Assembly: GCA_041661265.1 (NCBI GenBank)
Contig: JBAZUT010000003.1
Coordinates: 143,191 to 207,190 of the forward strand
Reading direction: 5' to 3'
Length of the DNA stretch: 64,000 bases
Origin: Minisyncoccota bacterium
Lineage (GTDB): Bacteria > Patescibacteriota > Minisyncoccia > JAHIHE01 > JAGLIN01
In this document: piece after piece, positions 30,309 to 39,462 of the stretch
Numbering within the stretch: the first letter of the stretch is position 1
Layout: every line of letters begins with the position of its first letter
Translations under genes and position numbers: made by a program
Notes under the pieces: generated by a model
Databases searched by the model: none
What the model saw: the letters and a program-made list of their open reading frames with translations, nothing else
What the model was told of the DNA's origin: nothing

Positions 30309-31013
30309 ATGAACGATGATAATATTAAAAAACGGCCAAGCGATTCTTCCGAAGTTACGGATGAGGCAGAAGAAAGTGAACAAAAAAACAGCAGTTCGGA
30401 TGATGCATATTTCAAAGACATTGAAGAATTGGAGAAGGCGAGAAAAGAACGCGAGGACAGAAAGAAAGAAGAACTGGAAAGATTGCGTAAGGAACGTTCC
30501 ATAAAAGGAAAGGAAGATGATGAAAAAGGCACTGAGGGGAAAGAATCATCGAAGGATGGCGCAATAAAAATCGGAGGACAGTCGGTATCAAGGGTCAAAA
30601 AAGAATTTTCAACGGAGAAAAAACTGTTCAGACATAATAAAATGTTCGGTTTCAGCGGTTCCGGAGCCGTAAAAATAGATAGGGCACTAAAGAAAGCCCA
30701 TATCAATACTGACAAAAGAAGGGATCTCATAGATGCTTTGGCAGCATACAATCCGAGCAAGACACTTCTCAAGAAGAGAGATTTCGTGTTGTTTGCGAGA
30801 AAATTCAAGAGTAAAAATTTTTCCGGGTCGCGATTCAAGCAGGCATCAAAGACCCTTGACATCAAAGGCATGAGAAAGGAATTTTCAAAAAGAGACCTGA
30901 ACAAGTTCAGAATGGCCGTAACCGGAGAATCCGATGCGCACAGATACCAGACAAAGACCGAATTCACTAAGGCCGGAAAACCGGACAGAAACGCGCCTAC
31001 AACAAAAAAATGA
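30309..31013 (+). CDS. Hypothetical protein with acidic N-terminus and basic C-terminus
   Basis: 234-aa ORF co-oriented with the cluster, with typical codon usage. Confidence 0.7.
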   Translation: MNDDNIKKRPSDSSEVTDEAEESEQKNSSSDDAYFKDIEELEKARKEREDRKKEELERLRKERSIKGKEDDEKGTEGKESSKDGAIKIGGQSVSRVKKEFSTEKKLFRHNKMFGFSGSGAVKIDRALKKAHINTDKRRDLIDALAAYNPSKTLLKKRDFVLFARKFKSKNFSGSRFKQASKTLDIKGMRKEFSKRDLNKFRMAVTGESDAHRYQTKTEFTKAGKPDRNAPTTKK

Positions 31014-31111
31014 TTATTTTTTAAAAGAAATATTGAAACTTCCTCCATATTGACTAAGTTGGGATATTGTGGTATAATGAAAAGTCAATATTTACCCCTA
31101 AATTCAAATCT

Positions 31112-34100
31112 ATGGAATTTCGAGGAAATGAAGACCCTAAGAGTTCAGCTGAACAGCTAAAACGTTTTGAAACTGAAAAAGAAAAATTAGAAACCATATA
31201 TGATTATTTGATCAATGGCAAAGACAAAGAGGGAAACGAAATAACCACCAGGGAGGGCAAGAACAGGGCAAAACAAGATAAAAAAGAAATAAAAAGAAAC
31301 ATTACGGAGCTGACAAATAAAATTAATGTTATATCTGCAACTTTGGGCAAGCATCAGGAAGAAAGCTCAACTGATAAAAAAGAAATTGAAGAGCAGGGCG
31401 ACGACAAAGAAACTGGCGCAGAATATTTCGGAAGCAGCATGGAAGATATCAGCTTGGTTGCAAGCACGATATTGGGTGAAACAGATAAAACTGTTGAGAA
31501 ATTGGACTCCAGAGGATCACAAAATATTCAGAAACTGGAAAATGCCAAAGCAACTCAAAAAGAATTGGGTGAAGCGAAAAAGAATGAAGATCAAATCAGC
31601 AGCGAGAGTAAATCTGAAGCTGAAAAACTCAAGAGTAAGCTTTTAGAGCTGACATTTCCGGAAATGGTCGCGGTTGACGGTTTGGACAATCAACAACTGG
31701 AAAACAAATTAAATGAAGTTGAAAATTTTCTTAAAATAAACAAGATCGATGTTGCATTTGAAGAAGATCAGGAGATAAAGTCTGATGTTGAGAAGAAACT
31801 TTCAAAAGCAATGATTGCGATCGGCGCATACAGAAGGGATCTGCTTCAGAAAAAACTGGGTATCGGTGGGATTGGCGACGACACGAAAATGCCGCCGAGT
31901 GAAAAACTTGAAATTCCAAAGCATATCGACTTGGATTTGAAAAATAACGATAATCTTGAAGCACTAAAGCCAATCCTTGAAGAAGGCAACCACCATGAAA
32001 TTGTAGCGGAAATAATGAAAATTGCCGGACTTAAACCGGAAGAATTGCAAAATTTTGATTACCGGATCGAATCAAACAAGGATAAATCGACAGCAGAGAT
32101 AGTATTCAGCAAAAAAGATTCAATGGATAAAGAATTTACGATTGCAATTGACCTGAGCGGCGGAAAAATTGAAAAAATAACTGACGAAGACCGATTGCGC
32201 ATGTTCAATGAATTGACAGATCTCTTTGCCGAAAGAGGAGACCTGATCAAGCAAAGGAGTAACGCCAAAGACAAAGAAGAGATCCGGAGAATCGATGCGG
32301 ATCTTTCTGCGGTTAACTCCAAGCTTGATTCTTTATATAAAAAAATAGACAGGCCGGAAACAATAAGCGCGTTTGATGATTCCGAAAAAGATAAAATAAA
32401 AAAGATCGGAGAAATTCTAAGATCGGCAAGGGTTACCGACAGTTTTGACTATATGTCAGGAACAGGGTCTGCTGATCTCGTTGAAGATACCATCAGAAAA
32501 CGCGGAGGATTCAAACGTCCCGACGATCCCAAAAAAGAACAGCAAGCACCCCAAGAGAATATCAAAATCGGACAAACATATGAGTGCATTAATCCTTATT
32601 TTGATTTTTATAAAAAAGGTGATTATATCAGAATTGCGGAACGACAGAATAATCAGATCAGCCTGATTGAAGTTGACAGTGACGGCAAACAACTGAGCAG
32701 GTCAATCATTTCAGATAATGATTCAGAAATTGATGAATTTTTAAAATGTTTTAAGGAAATCGATCTTGAGCCTAACTCGAGCGTTAATAATAATGAAAAA
32801 ACTATGGAACAAATACCCATCGAACCTATTTCGGGCGCCGAATCTAACGATGATAACTTATCCATCGAACGTTTTGATTTTGAAAATATCAGCGATAAAG
32901 AAGATTTATCAAATCGCCTGTTTGAATTTGGAAAAAAACTCGAAGAAAGCAATCTGCGGACAGAACGCGAGATTTCAACAGATCTTTTGTTGTTTCTACA
33001 AAACAAAAGCTTGGGCCACTTGGAATCTGCAAAAATGCAAATCGACAAGTGCACAAACGAAAATGCAAAAAATAAACTGCAGGAACTCATTGTGAAATGC
33101 GAGGAGATCGTGAAAAATGAACCAAAACCGAAAGAAGACAATAAAGCGGAAAAAACAGAAACTGAAAAATTTGAAGATATAAGAAAGAAATGGAAATGGT
33201 ATGAAAGTGTAATAGATGGATGTGAAAATCACCCAGATTGGAATATTAAAAGAATAATAGAAAATCTTGAATATTTTACTTCTCATCCATTTTTTAAAGA
33301 AGATTTATTGGAATATGGGCTTGACCAGAATGAAAATAATCGTAAAACGGCAGAAAATATTAGAAATGAAGAATTGAATAAATCAATTAAGATGTTTGAG
33401 AAGTGGATAAGTGTTGAAGATGATTTTATGAAAAAAAGCGAAGAAATAAAAAAGACATATAACGAATCTTCTGGCAATAGAAAAAAGGAAGATATAATCA
33501 AATCCTTAAAAGAGAGTTTGGAAAATTTAGACAGCTCTGTTTTGGATGGCACCGAATTGGAAGATAATGACGAGAATAAAAAAACAGGTCTTGCAATTCA
33601 GTCAAATATTTTTAGAAAACTTTTAGAAGAGCTGGAAGGCAAAAAAGAAGAAATTGCAAAAGCGGAGCCAATAAAAGAAGGGGAAGAACAAAAGCAAAGC
33701 AAAGAACAGGAGAATGGAAGTCTTTTAGGCATAAAAATCAAGACAGCCGAGGATGTCGGAAAAATGACCAATGATGAGTTTATGAGCGCGGGAGGCGAAG
33801 CATTTGCAAAATACGAAGAGCTCGAATCCGGCAAAGATTTTGAAACACTGAAGACCACTGATGAGTTTTTGGTGTTTGCCGGATATCTGAATATTCTAAC
33901 CTCTGAACACGACAAGCGGACGAGGGAAGGAAGGATCGAAGTCAAGAAGCATAGGATCGCTTCCAACGAAGAAATTAACGCGCTTGATATGAAGAGCCTG
34001 CAGGAAGAACTGTCCAGAACTGAAATTTATCTGAATTACATAAAGACAAACAAAAGCCAGGAAGACTGGTTCAGTTCGGAGTTCAGTGACTATGGGCTAT

Positions 34101-36793
34101 ATCAGCAAAAACTTGAAAATAGGATAAACGAAATAAACGAAAATCCCAGCGCGAGACCTGCCGAAACTCCAAAGGAAACAACAAACGAAACAGCAGAGAT
34201 CGAAACAATGAGCGATGAAGATATCAAGAAAGAAACCGATACTGATGCTCTTCAGGAAAAGATCGACGAAACCATCGACTACCTGAAAAATACTGAAAAC
34301 ATATCCGAAGAAGACCATTCGAGGCTTTCCGTGTATATAGATAATCTGCAGATCAGGAAAAGCGAATTGGAAAAGATATTGATCAGCAAGGGATACAAAA
34401 AAATAAACGCGGGAATTAAGGATCTGAATAAAAACATGATACAGATCGAACGGACATCCGAAACACAAGAGATTGAAAACATCAAAAATGCAAAAACCGT
34501 AAAAGAGCTGAGCGATGGAATCAGGAATATCGAAGCCAAGGGCTTTGACGGAAAGGATATCGCCAACATCAAGAAACTGAAAGATGTCATGGAGAACATA
34601 TTCTCTCAAATTGCAGATGAGAAAGGCGGAAAGCTCAAGAATGACGTAAACTCGCCGGACTTCAGGAATATAGTAACCGATTCCGCCAAAGACGCTACGG
34701 CAAAATCGTATATCGTGGCGTTATTTGCAGCGATCGAAAATATCAGATCAGAACGCAGAATTGAATTAAACGTCGGAGATAAAATAAGAATGAAAGAAAA
34801 AGACGGACAGGTCCGCGATGGATGGATCGTGACAAAGATCGACGGCAAAAATGCCGAAGTTCAAAACGATAAAAACGGAGAGATTCTTGAAACGACCCTT
34901 GGCGAATTGGCCGGCTGGCAGGACGATAAGCTTATGGAAGAAGCAAAGAGAATAAAGGATAAAGAAGAAGAGATCAAGCTGAGAGAATATGAACTGCAGT
35001 TAAACGGCGGCGAAACAGAAAAGGACGAGAAACTGAATAAGCTGAAAAGCGAGCTGAAAGAATTAAAGGGAGTTAAGACCGGGAAAGATGAGAAAAAGGA
35101 AGGGCCTCAAACCTATGGGGAAATCGTTGAAAACATGAAAAAAATGGGAGAATTCCTTGAAAAAAGAAAAGTTGAACTTTCAAAGATCAATAGCGACGAA
35201 CAAATACAGAAGATCAAGGACAAGGTCAGCAGAGGCGAGAAATTGAGCGAAAAAGAAACCTCACAATACAAATCGATGTTCATGGCAAAAGACGAGGTTA
35301 CGATCTCCGAGATCGGCATATCTGCGATACAGAACGCAGACCTGTACAAGATCGACCTCCCATCCCTATCGCATGAGGAAGCAATGAAAGTTCTGGATCG
35401 GCGCATAAAAGCCAGTAAAGTGGATCTTTTTCTTCATGAGAAATTGAGAAGCTCCATTCGTTCCTGCAACGAAAAAATATCCCAGATGGATGAGGGAAGA
35501 CGTGGGGTATATGGCGCAATCGCAGACGGCATTTTGCGCGCCGCAAAACATATCCCGATCATAAAGAATTATACTTATCCGAATCTCGAAGCAAAAACAG
35601 AGCAGGAAAAGAAAAGAGAAGAAGGCATCAAAGAGGGAGCGACCGTGAGCATAAAAGAGAAAAAAGGTATAAGTGAAAAATGGAAGATCGTGAAAATCGA
35701 AGGTAATAAGGTTATCGTCGAAAAAGAGAACAGGGCCATGAAAGAATTCAAAGAAAAAGATCTGATGAAATGGAACAGCATAACCGAAAAAGGTAAATTC
35801 AAAAAAGGCGACAAGATTAGGGTCATGGTTGACGGCAAGATCGGAACTGATTGGGTCATCGAGAATGTCGAAGACAATAAGATCTTGGCTGCAAACGATA
35901 AAGCCAAAACGGAAAAAACGGTCAAAAAAGAAGATATCGTCAGCATTCAGGAAAAAGCCGCGGACAAGGAAAGCTTTAAGGATCTCCTGAGGGAACTGAA
36001 TGAGTTAAAAAGCAAGGATCTGGATATGACAAATATCAAAGATATGGCAAGTTTTGACAAGACATCAAAAGCATTGAAAACCAAATTCAATGAGATGTCG
36101 CAAAAAACGTCCTATTTTGAGGGTTTGGAAGATAAAGCGAAGAATGACATTGTGAATGTATTCAATATAGACCTTAATTGGTACAATGAATGCGTCAGAA
36201 AGAAAAAGACTGAAGAGAAAATGAAAGATAGGGAGCAGGACAAAAAAGGATTCAACGACAAAGTAGAGCAGCACAAAAATCTTATAAAAAGACTGCCGGA
36301 TGAACTGAAGGATTTCAAGGAAAGCCTTGAAAAGTTCATTGAATTTGCGAGCCAAACATATCATGAAACAAAATATTCAGACGAACCTGCCGACAATGAT
36401 AATGAGAAAGAAGAAAAGACTCTGCTGAAAAAGATGTTCACAGGAAAAGAGATCAGGGCGATCAAGGACAGTGAAGATGCTGATGAATTGATCGAGGCTG
36501 TTGAAAAATTTAAAACGGAGCTTAAACCTCAAATAAAGGATCATAAGGCCATAGAATCATGCTATTTGGTTTTGGACGATCTTGCCAACGACTCCAAGAG
36601 GAACAAAAATATAAGAAAATATACAAGAGATAAAATAAGGGACGAGATAGAAAAAATCGAAGATGACAATGCAAAGAAATACCTTAGAGCGGTTTTGGAG
36701 AAAATCGACGGACTGATCACGTCAAAAAAAGCTGCTGTTGGAGACAAGCCCAAGAAAACATCGAAAAACAAATCCAAAACGCGGAAAAAATAG
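31112..36793 (+). CDS. Giant (~1890 aa) charged coiled-coil protein with SH3/Tudor-like repeats
   Basis: Single long ORF. The promoter TTGACT-17-TATAAT (31050-31078) overlaps the annotated TTG, so ATG 31112 is preferred. Confidence 0.85.
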   Translation: MEFRGNEDPKSSAEQLKRFETEKEKLETIYDYLINGKDKEGNEITTREGKNRAKQDKKEIKRNITELTNKINVISATLGKHQEESSTDKKEIEEQGDDKETGAEYFGSSMEDISLVASTILGETDKTVEKLDSRGSQNIQKLENAKATQKELGEAKKNEDQISSESKSEAEKLKSKLLELTFPEMVAVDGLDNQQLENKLNEVENFLKINKIDVAFEEDQEIKSDVEKKLSKAMIAIGAYRRDLLQKKLGIGGIGDDTKMPPSEKLEIPKHIDLDLKNNDNLEALKPILEEGNHHEIVAEIMKIAGLKPEELQNFDYRIESNKDKSTAEIVFSKKDSMDKEFTIAIDLSGGKIEKITDEDRLRMFNELTDLFAERGDLIKQRSNAKDKEEIRRIDADLSAVNSKLDSLYKKIDRPETISAFDDSEKDKIKKIGEILRSARVTDSFDYMSGTGSADLVEDTIRKRGGFKRPDDPKKEQQAPQENIKIGQTYECINPYFDFYKKGDYIRIAERQNNQISLIEVDSDGKQLSRSIISDNDSEIDEFLKCFKEIDLEPNSSVNNNEKTMEQIPIEPISGAESNDDNLSIERFDFENISDKEDLSNRLFEFGKKLEESNLRTEREISTDLLLFLQNKSLGHLESAKMQIDKCTNENAKNKLQELIVKCEEIVKNEPKPKEDNKAEKTETEKFEDIRKKWKWYESVIDGCENHPDWNIKRIIENLEYFTSHPFFKEDLLEYGLDQNENNRKTAENIRNEELNKSIKMFEKWISVEDDFMKKSEEIKKTYNESSGNRKKEDIIKSLKESLENLDSSVLDGTELEDNDENKKTGLAIQSNIFRKLLEELEGKKEEIAKAEPIKEGEEQKQSKEQENGSLLGIKIKTAEDVGKMTNDEFMSAGGEAFAKYEELESGKDFETLKTTDEFLVFAGYLNILTSEHDKRTREGRIEVKKHRIASNEEINALDMKSLQEELSRTEIYLNYIKTNKSQEDWFSSEFSDYGLYQQKLENRINEINENPSARPAETPKETTNETAEIETMSDEDIKKETDTDALQEKIDETIDYLKNTENISEEDHSRLSVYIDNLQIRKSELEKILISKGYKKINAGIKDLNKNMIQIERTSETQEIENIKNAKTVKELSDGIRNIEAKGFDGKDIANIKKLKDVMENIFSQIADEKGGKLKNDVNSPDFRNIVTDSAKDATAKSYIVALFAAIENIRSERRIELNVGDKIRMKEKDGQVRDGWIVTKIDGKNAEVQNDKNGEILETTLGELAGWQDDKLMEEAKRIKDKEEEIKLREYELQLNGGETEKDEKLNKLKSELKELKGVKTGKDEKKEGPQTYGEIVENMKKMGEFLEKRKVELSKINSDEQIQKIKDKVSRGEKLSEKETSQYKSMFMAKDEVTISEIGISAIQNADLYKIDLPSLSHEEAMKVLDRRIKASKVDLFLHEKLRSSIRSCNEKISQMDEGRRGVYGAIADGILRAAKHIPIIKNYTYPNLEAKTEQEKKREEGIKEGATVSIKEKKGISEKWKIVKIEGNKVIVEKENRAMKEFKEKDLMKWNSITEKGKFKKGDKIRVMVDGKIGTDWVIENVEDNKILAANDKAKTEKTVKKEDIVSIQEKAADKESFKDLLRELNELKSKDLDMTNIKDMASFDKTSKALKTKFNEMSQKTSYFEGLEDKAKNDIVNVFNIDLNWYNECVRKKKTEEKMKDREQDKKGFNDKVEQHKNLIKRLPDELKDFKESLEKFIEFASQTYHETKYSDEPADNDNEKEEKTLLKKMFTGKEIRAIKDSEDADELIEAVEKFKTELKPQIKDHKAIESCYLVLDDLANDSKRNKNIRKYTRDKIRDEIEKIEDDNAKKYLRAVLEKIDGLITSKKAAVGDKPKKTSKNKSKTRKK

Positions 36794-36820
36794 CCACCAA
36801 ATAATCAATTAACTAAAATT

Positions 36821-37141
36821 ATGAAACTTATAGACGATAAAATGATCGAGGATATAATAGACTCCCTGGGCCTTCGGTTTCTTTCAGTCGAAAAAAGAAA
36901 TGAGATCTTGACTATGACGCTTGAACTTATCAGCAAGAGGGCCAGCATCAGAATAATTGAAAGCTTAAACGACGTCGAAGTCGGAGAGTTCAGCAACATC
37001 CCCAAAAATGAATTTGAAAAAATAGAAGATTTCCTCATTTTAAAGAATCCGAATGCAAAGACCATATTTGAAGAAGAACTTGCAAAGACCAAGAACGATA
37101 TTTTGAGTTCAAAGATTAACTTAAGCAACAATGAACAATAG
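36821..37141 (+). CDS. Small helical hypothetical protein (DUF5663-like, from recall)
   Basis: LGLRFLSVEKRNEIL...IFEEEL pattern typical of small CPR proteins. Confidence 0.6.
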   Translation: MKLIDDKMIEDIIDSLGLRFLSVEKRNEILTMTLELISKRASIRIIESLNDVEVGEFSNIPKNEFEKIEDFLILKNPNAKTIFEEELAKTKNDILSSKINLSNNEQ

Positions 37142-37295
37142 CGAAAAAATAAAAAAGATCAAAGAGATCTATGGCGCATTTCACGCCAAAATGAGAGATA
37201 TAATAAAACGGCAGTCCGATCTTATCGAGAAAATAGGCAGGCATTCGGATAACAAGAAGATCGAACAGGTCCGGAATAAGATCAGGAATTTATAA
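37131..37295 (+). CDS. Small 54-aa coiled-coil protein (below ORF-track cutoff)
   Basis: MNNSEKIKKIKEIYGAFHAKMRDIIKRQSDLIEKIGRHSDNKKIEQVRNKIRNL*; fills the gap and overlaps the previous stop. Confidence 0.65.
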   Translation: MNNSEKIKKIKEIYGAFHAKMRDIIKRQSDLIEKIGRHSDNKKIEQVRNKIRNL

Positions 37296-37313
37296 TTTAT
37301 CATTGTAAAATAT

Positions 37314-38954
37314 ATGGCAAAACCAGAGGATACTCTTGATGAAACGAATATTAATAAGAAGGAGGCGAAAGAGATCGGCGTCGAAAACGAATCAGGCGGG
37401 GAGGTTTTAGCTGTTGAGACCGAAAAAACGAGGGAAGAAACCGACATGGTTACAAGCGGCGAGAGCATGACCGAAAACAGAATTGCCGCCCTGGAAGCGG
37501 AAAGCGATCCAAAAGCAAGTGAATTTCGCGGCGAAGCGGAAACCATCCAAAATGATCGCAGATCCGCGGAATCAACTCGCGACATGGACTTAGATAGACT
37601 TGAAGAAACAAATGAAACCGGGCAGGAAGCTGAATCGATGGATGAAGCAACGATAAAAAAATTATTGACCACCCTTGATTCCGCAAAACTGGATGCCCCG
37701 GAAAAGAAGAGAGTGCTTGATAAATTGATCGCGTCATACGAGAAATTGTACGGCAGCGCGAATGAGGATGAAAGAACCGCGATATTCAAAGAAAATCCTA
37801 CTCTCCGGGAAATTGTCGGATTGATCAATAAGATAGATAACGACATAAAACAAGCAGGTCCGGGAAACGAGCATGACAATGAGCCTGACACGGAAGATGT
37901 GACCGATGAAACAAATGAGAGCCCTGAATCAGGAGCTGATCCGATCAAAGAAAAGATCAAAAACAATGAGATGCTTTCGGTCGAGGAAGAAAAGATCTTG
38001 TTTGATAAATGCGAGAAGATCATTTTAAAGCAAAGGAACGGAGAGGATATAAGCGAGGAAGAGGTCGCCATGGTCATGATGTACCAAGAAGCTGTCGGAA
38101 AGGGCCTTACAGCCAAAGGCGCGGAAGTAAATGAGTCGGTAGATAAAGACGTGGAAGAAATAAATGCATTCAATGAAAAAAGCAAGGAAGAGAAAGACAA
38201 GGATATCAACGAGAGGCTGGAAAAGATCAAAAGCTCGGGAATAGAACTTAGTGATAAAGCTGAAGATGCTGAGGAACATATCAAGGAACTGGAAAAACAG
38301 CTCAAAGACAGATATGACGAATTTACAAAGATGGAAGAAGATATAGAAAAGATCAGAAATACCGAAGGCGTTGACCAGGAGGGTGCGAGAACATTAAAAA
38401 ACACCATTTCTTCACTGAAAAATATATATACGGACAAGCTGCACATAGAATATTATGAATATTGGATCAAATACCTCAAGGGAGGAGTGGAATCCCTGCA
38501 TGACTCCCATGCAAAACATAATATTTCCATGAATCAGCTGGAGACGCTTGGCGGGGACCTTGAAAGCGACCTTGCAAGCATAGAAAAAGGCGAATCGGAA
38601 GTACTTGCGAAATGGGCACAGTTTATAAAAGATCATCCAAAAACTGGACTTGCGCTTATTACCGCCGCCTTAGCCGCCGGAATCTTACTATCTCCATATC
38701 TTGTAAAATTTCTCGGCGCGCCGGAAATTGCAAAGCTTGGCACGGGAGCATTGGCTCCGCTGATGAAGCCGACTATAGCGTTGGGCGCAAAAGCAGTCGG
38801 AAGTCTGGCGTCGATATCAGGTTCCGTGGGTCTCGCAGGCATATTTCTTTTGCTGACGAACAGCGAAAAGATCGATGATGCCATGGAATCGATCTGGGGG
38901 AAGAAGATCCCCAATTGGGCCTCCTGGGGCCTAAAGAAGAAAGGCCAGAAGTAA
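37314..38954 (+). CDS. Acidic coiled-coil protein with C-terminal Gly/Ala-rich hydrophobic helices
   Basis: 546 aa; hydrophobic segments only near the C-terminus. Confidence 0.8.
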   Translation: MAKPEDTLDETNINKKEAKEIGVENESGGEVLAVETEKTREETDMVTSGESMTENRIAALEAESDPKASEFRGEAETIQNDRRSAESTRDMDLDRLEETNETGQEAESMDEATIKKLLTTLDSAKLDAPEKKRVLDKLIASYEKLYGSANEDERTAIFKENPTLREIVGLINKIDNDIKQAGPGNEHDNEPDTEDVTDETNESPESGADPIKEKIKNNEMLSVEEEKILFDKCEKIILKQRNGEDISEEEVAMVMMYQEAVGKGLTAKGAEVNESVDKDVEEINAFNEKSKEEKDKDINERLEKIKSSGIELSDKAEDAEEHIKELEKQLKDRYDEFTKMEEDIEKIRNTEGVDQEGARTLKNTISSLKNIYTDKLHIEYYEYWIKYLKGGVESLHDSHAKHNISMNQLETLGGDLESDLASIEKGESEVLAKWAQFIKDHPKTGLALITAALAAGILLSPYLVKFLGAPEIAKLGTGALAPLMKPTIALGAKAVGSLASISGSVGLAGIFLLLTNSEKIDDAMESIWGKKIPNWASWGLKKKGQK

Positions 38955-38997
38955 TTTTGACCCCATATTTTAGTTTTGATATACGTAACATAATCCC

Positions 38998-39429
38998 ATG
39001 ACCGAAACAAATCACGAAATGAGCATCAAATCAGAGATCGAGCTTTTGGAAAAGCAATTGCAGGAAAAAAAACAGGCTCTTGAAAAAGGTCCTGCCGGAA
39101 AAAAGGAAGCTGAAATATCGAAAGAAAACGTGAACGAGGCTGAATTGTCAAACGTTCAGACCGCTACGCAAGCGCAGACAAAACCCGCGCTTACGAGCGA
39201 CGAGGACAAAACTGCCGAGATCAGCACGGACATAAGCAAAATAAAGGACCTTGATGTTTCGCGTCAGGTCAAGATCCTAACGACGTTGGCTTTTGAAAAA
39301 GGGATCCAATATAGCATAAAAGTCGCGCGCGGACTGAACAGCCCGTATCTTCTTGATGAACTTCATGATAAACTGGTGGGAGAACTTCACGACGAACTCG
39401 TAAAAAAAGGAAAATTGAAAGAAATATGA
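38998..39429 (+). CDS. Conserved hypothetical protein preceding the VirD4-like gene
   Basis: C-terminal LAFEKGI...PYLLDELHDKL; co-oriented and tightly packed. Confidence 0.75.
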   Translation: MTETNHEMSIKSEIELLEKQLQEKKQALEKGPAGKKEAEISKENVNEAELSNVQTATQAQTKPALTSDEDKTAEISTDISKIKDLDVSRQVKILTTLAFEKGIQYSIKVARGLNSPYLLDELHDKLVGELHDELVKKGKLKEI

Positions 39430-39462
39430 TCTTCGATTAACATCTTAGCCTAATCATAATCT

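Noticed and set aside
37181-38446. 421-aa Ser/Phe-rich minus-strand ORF, and similar ones at 30278-31048 and opposite the giant gene
   Set aside because: These are antisense shadows of E/K-rich plus-strand genes.
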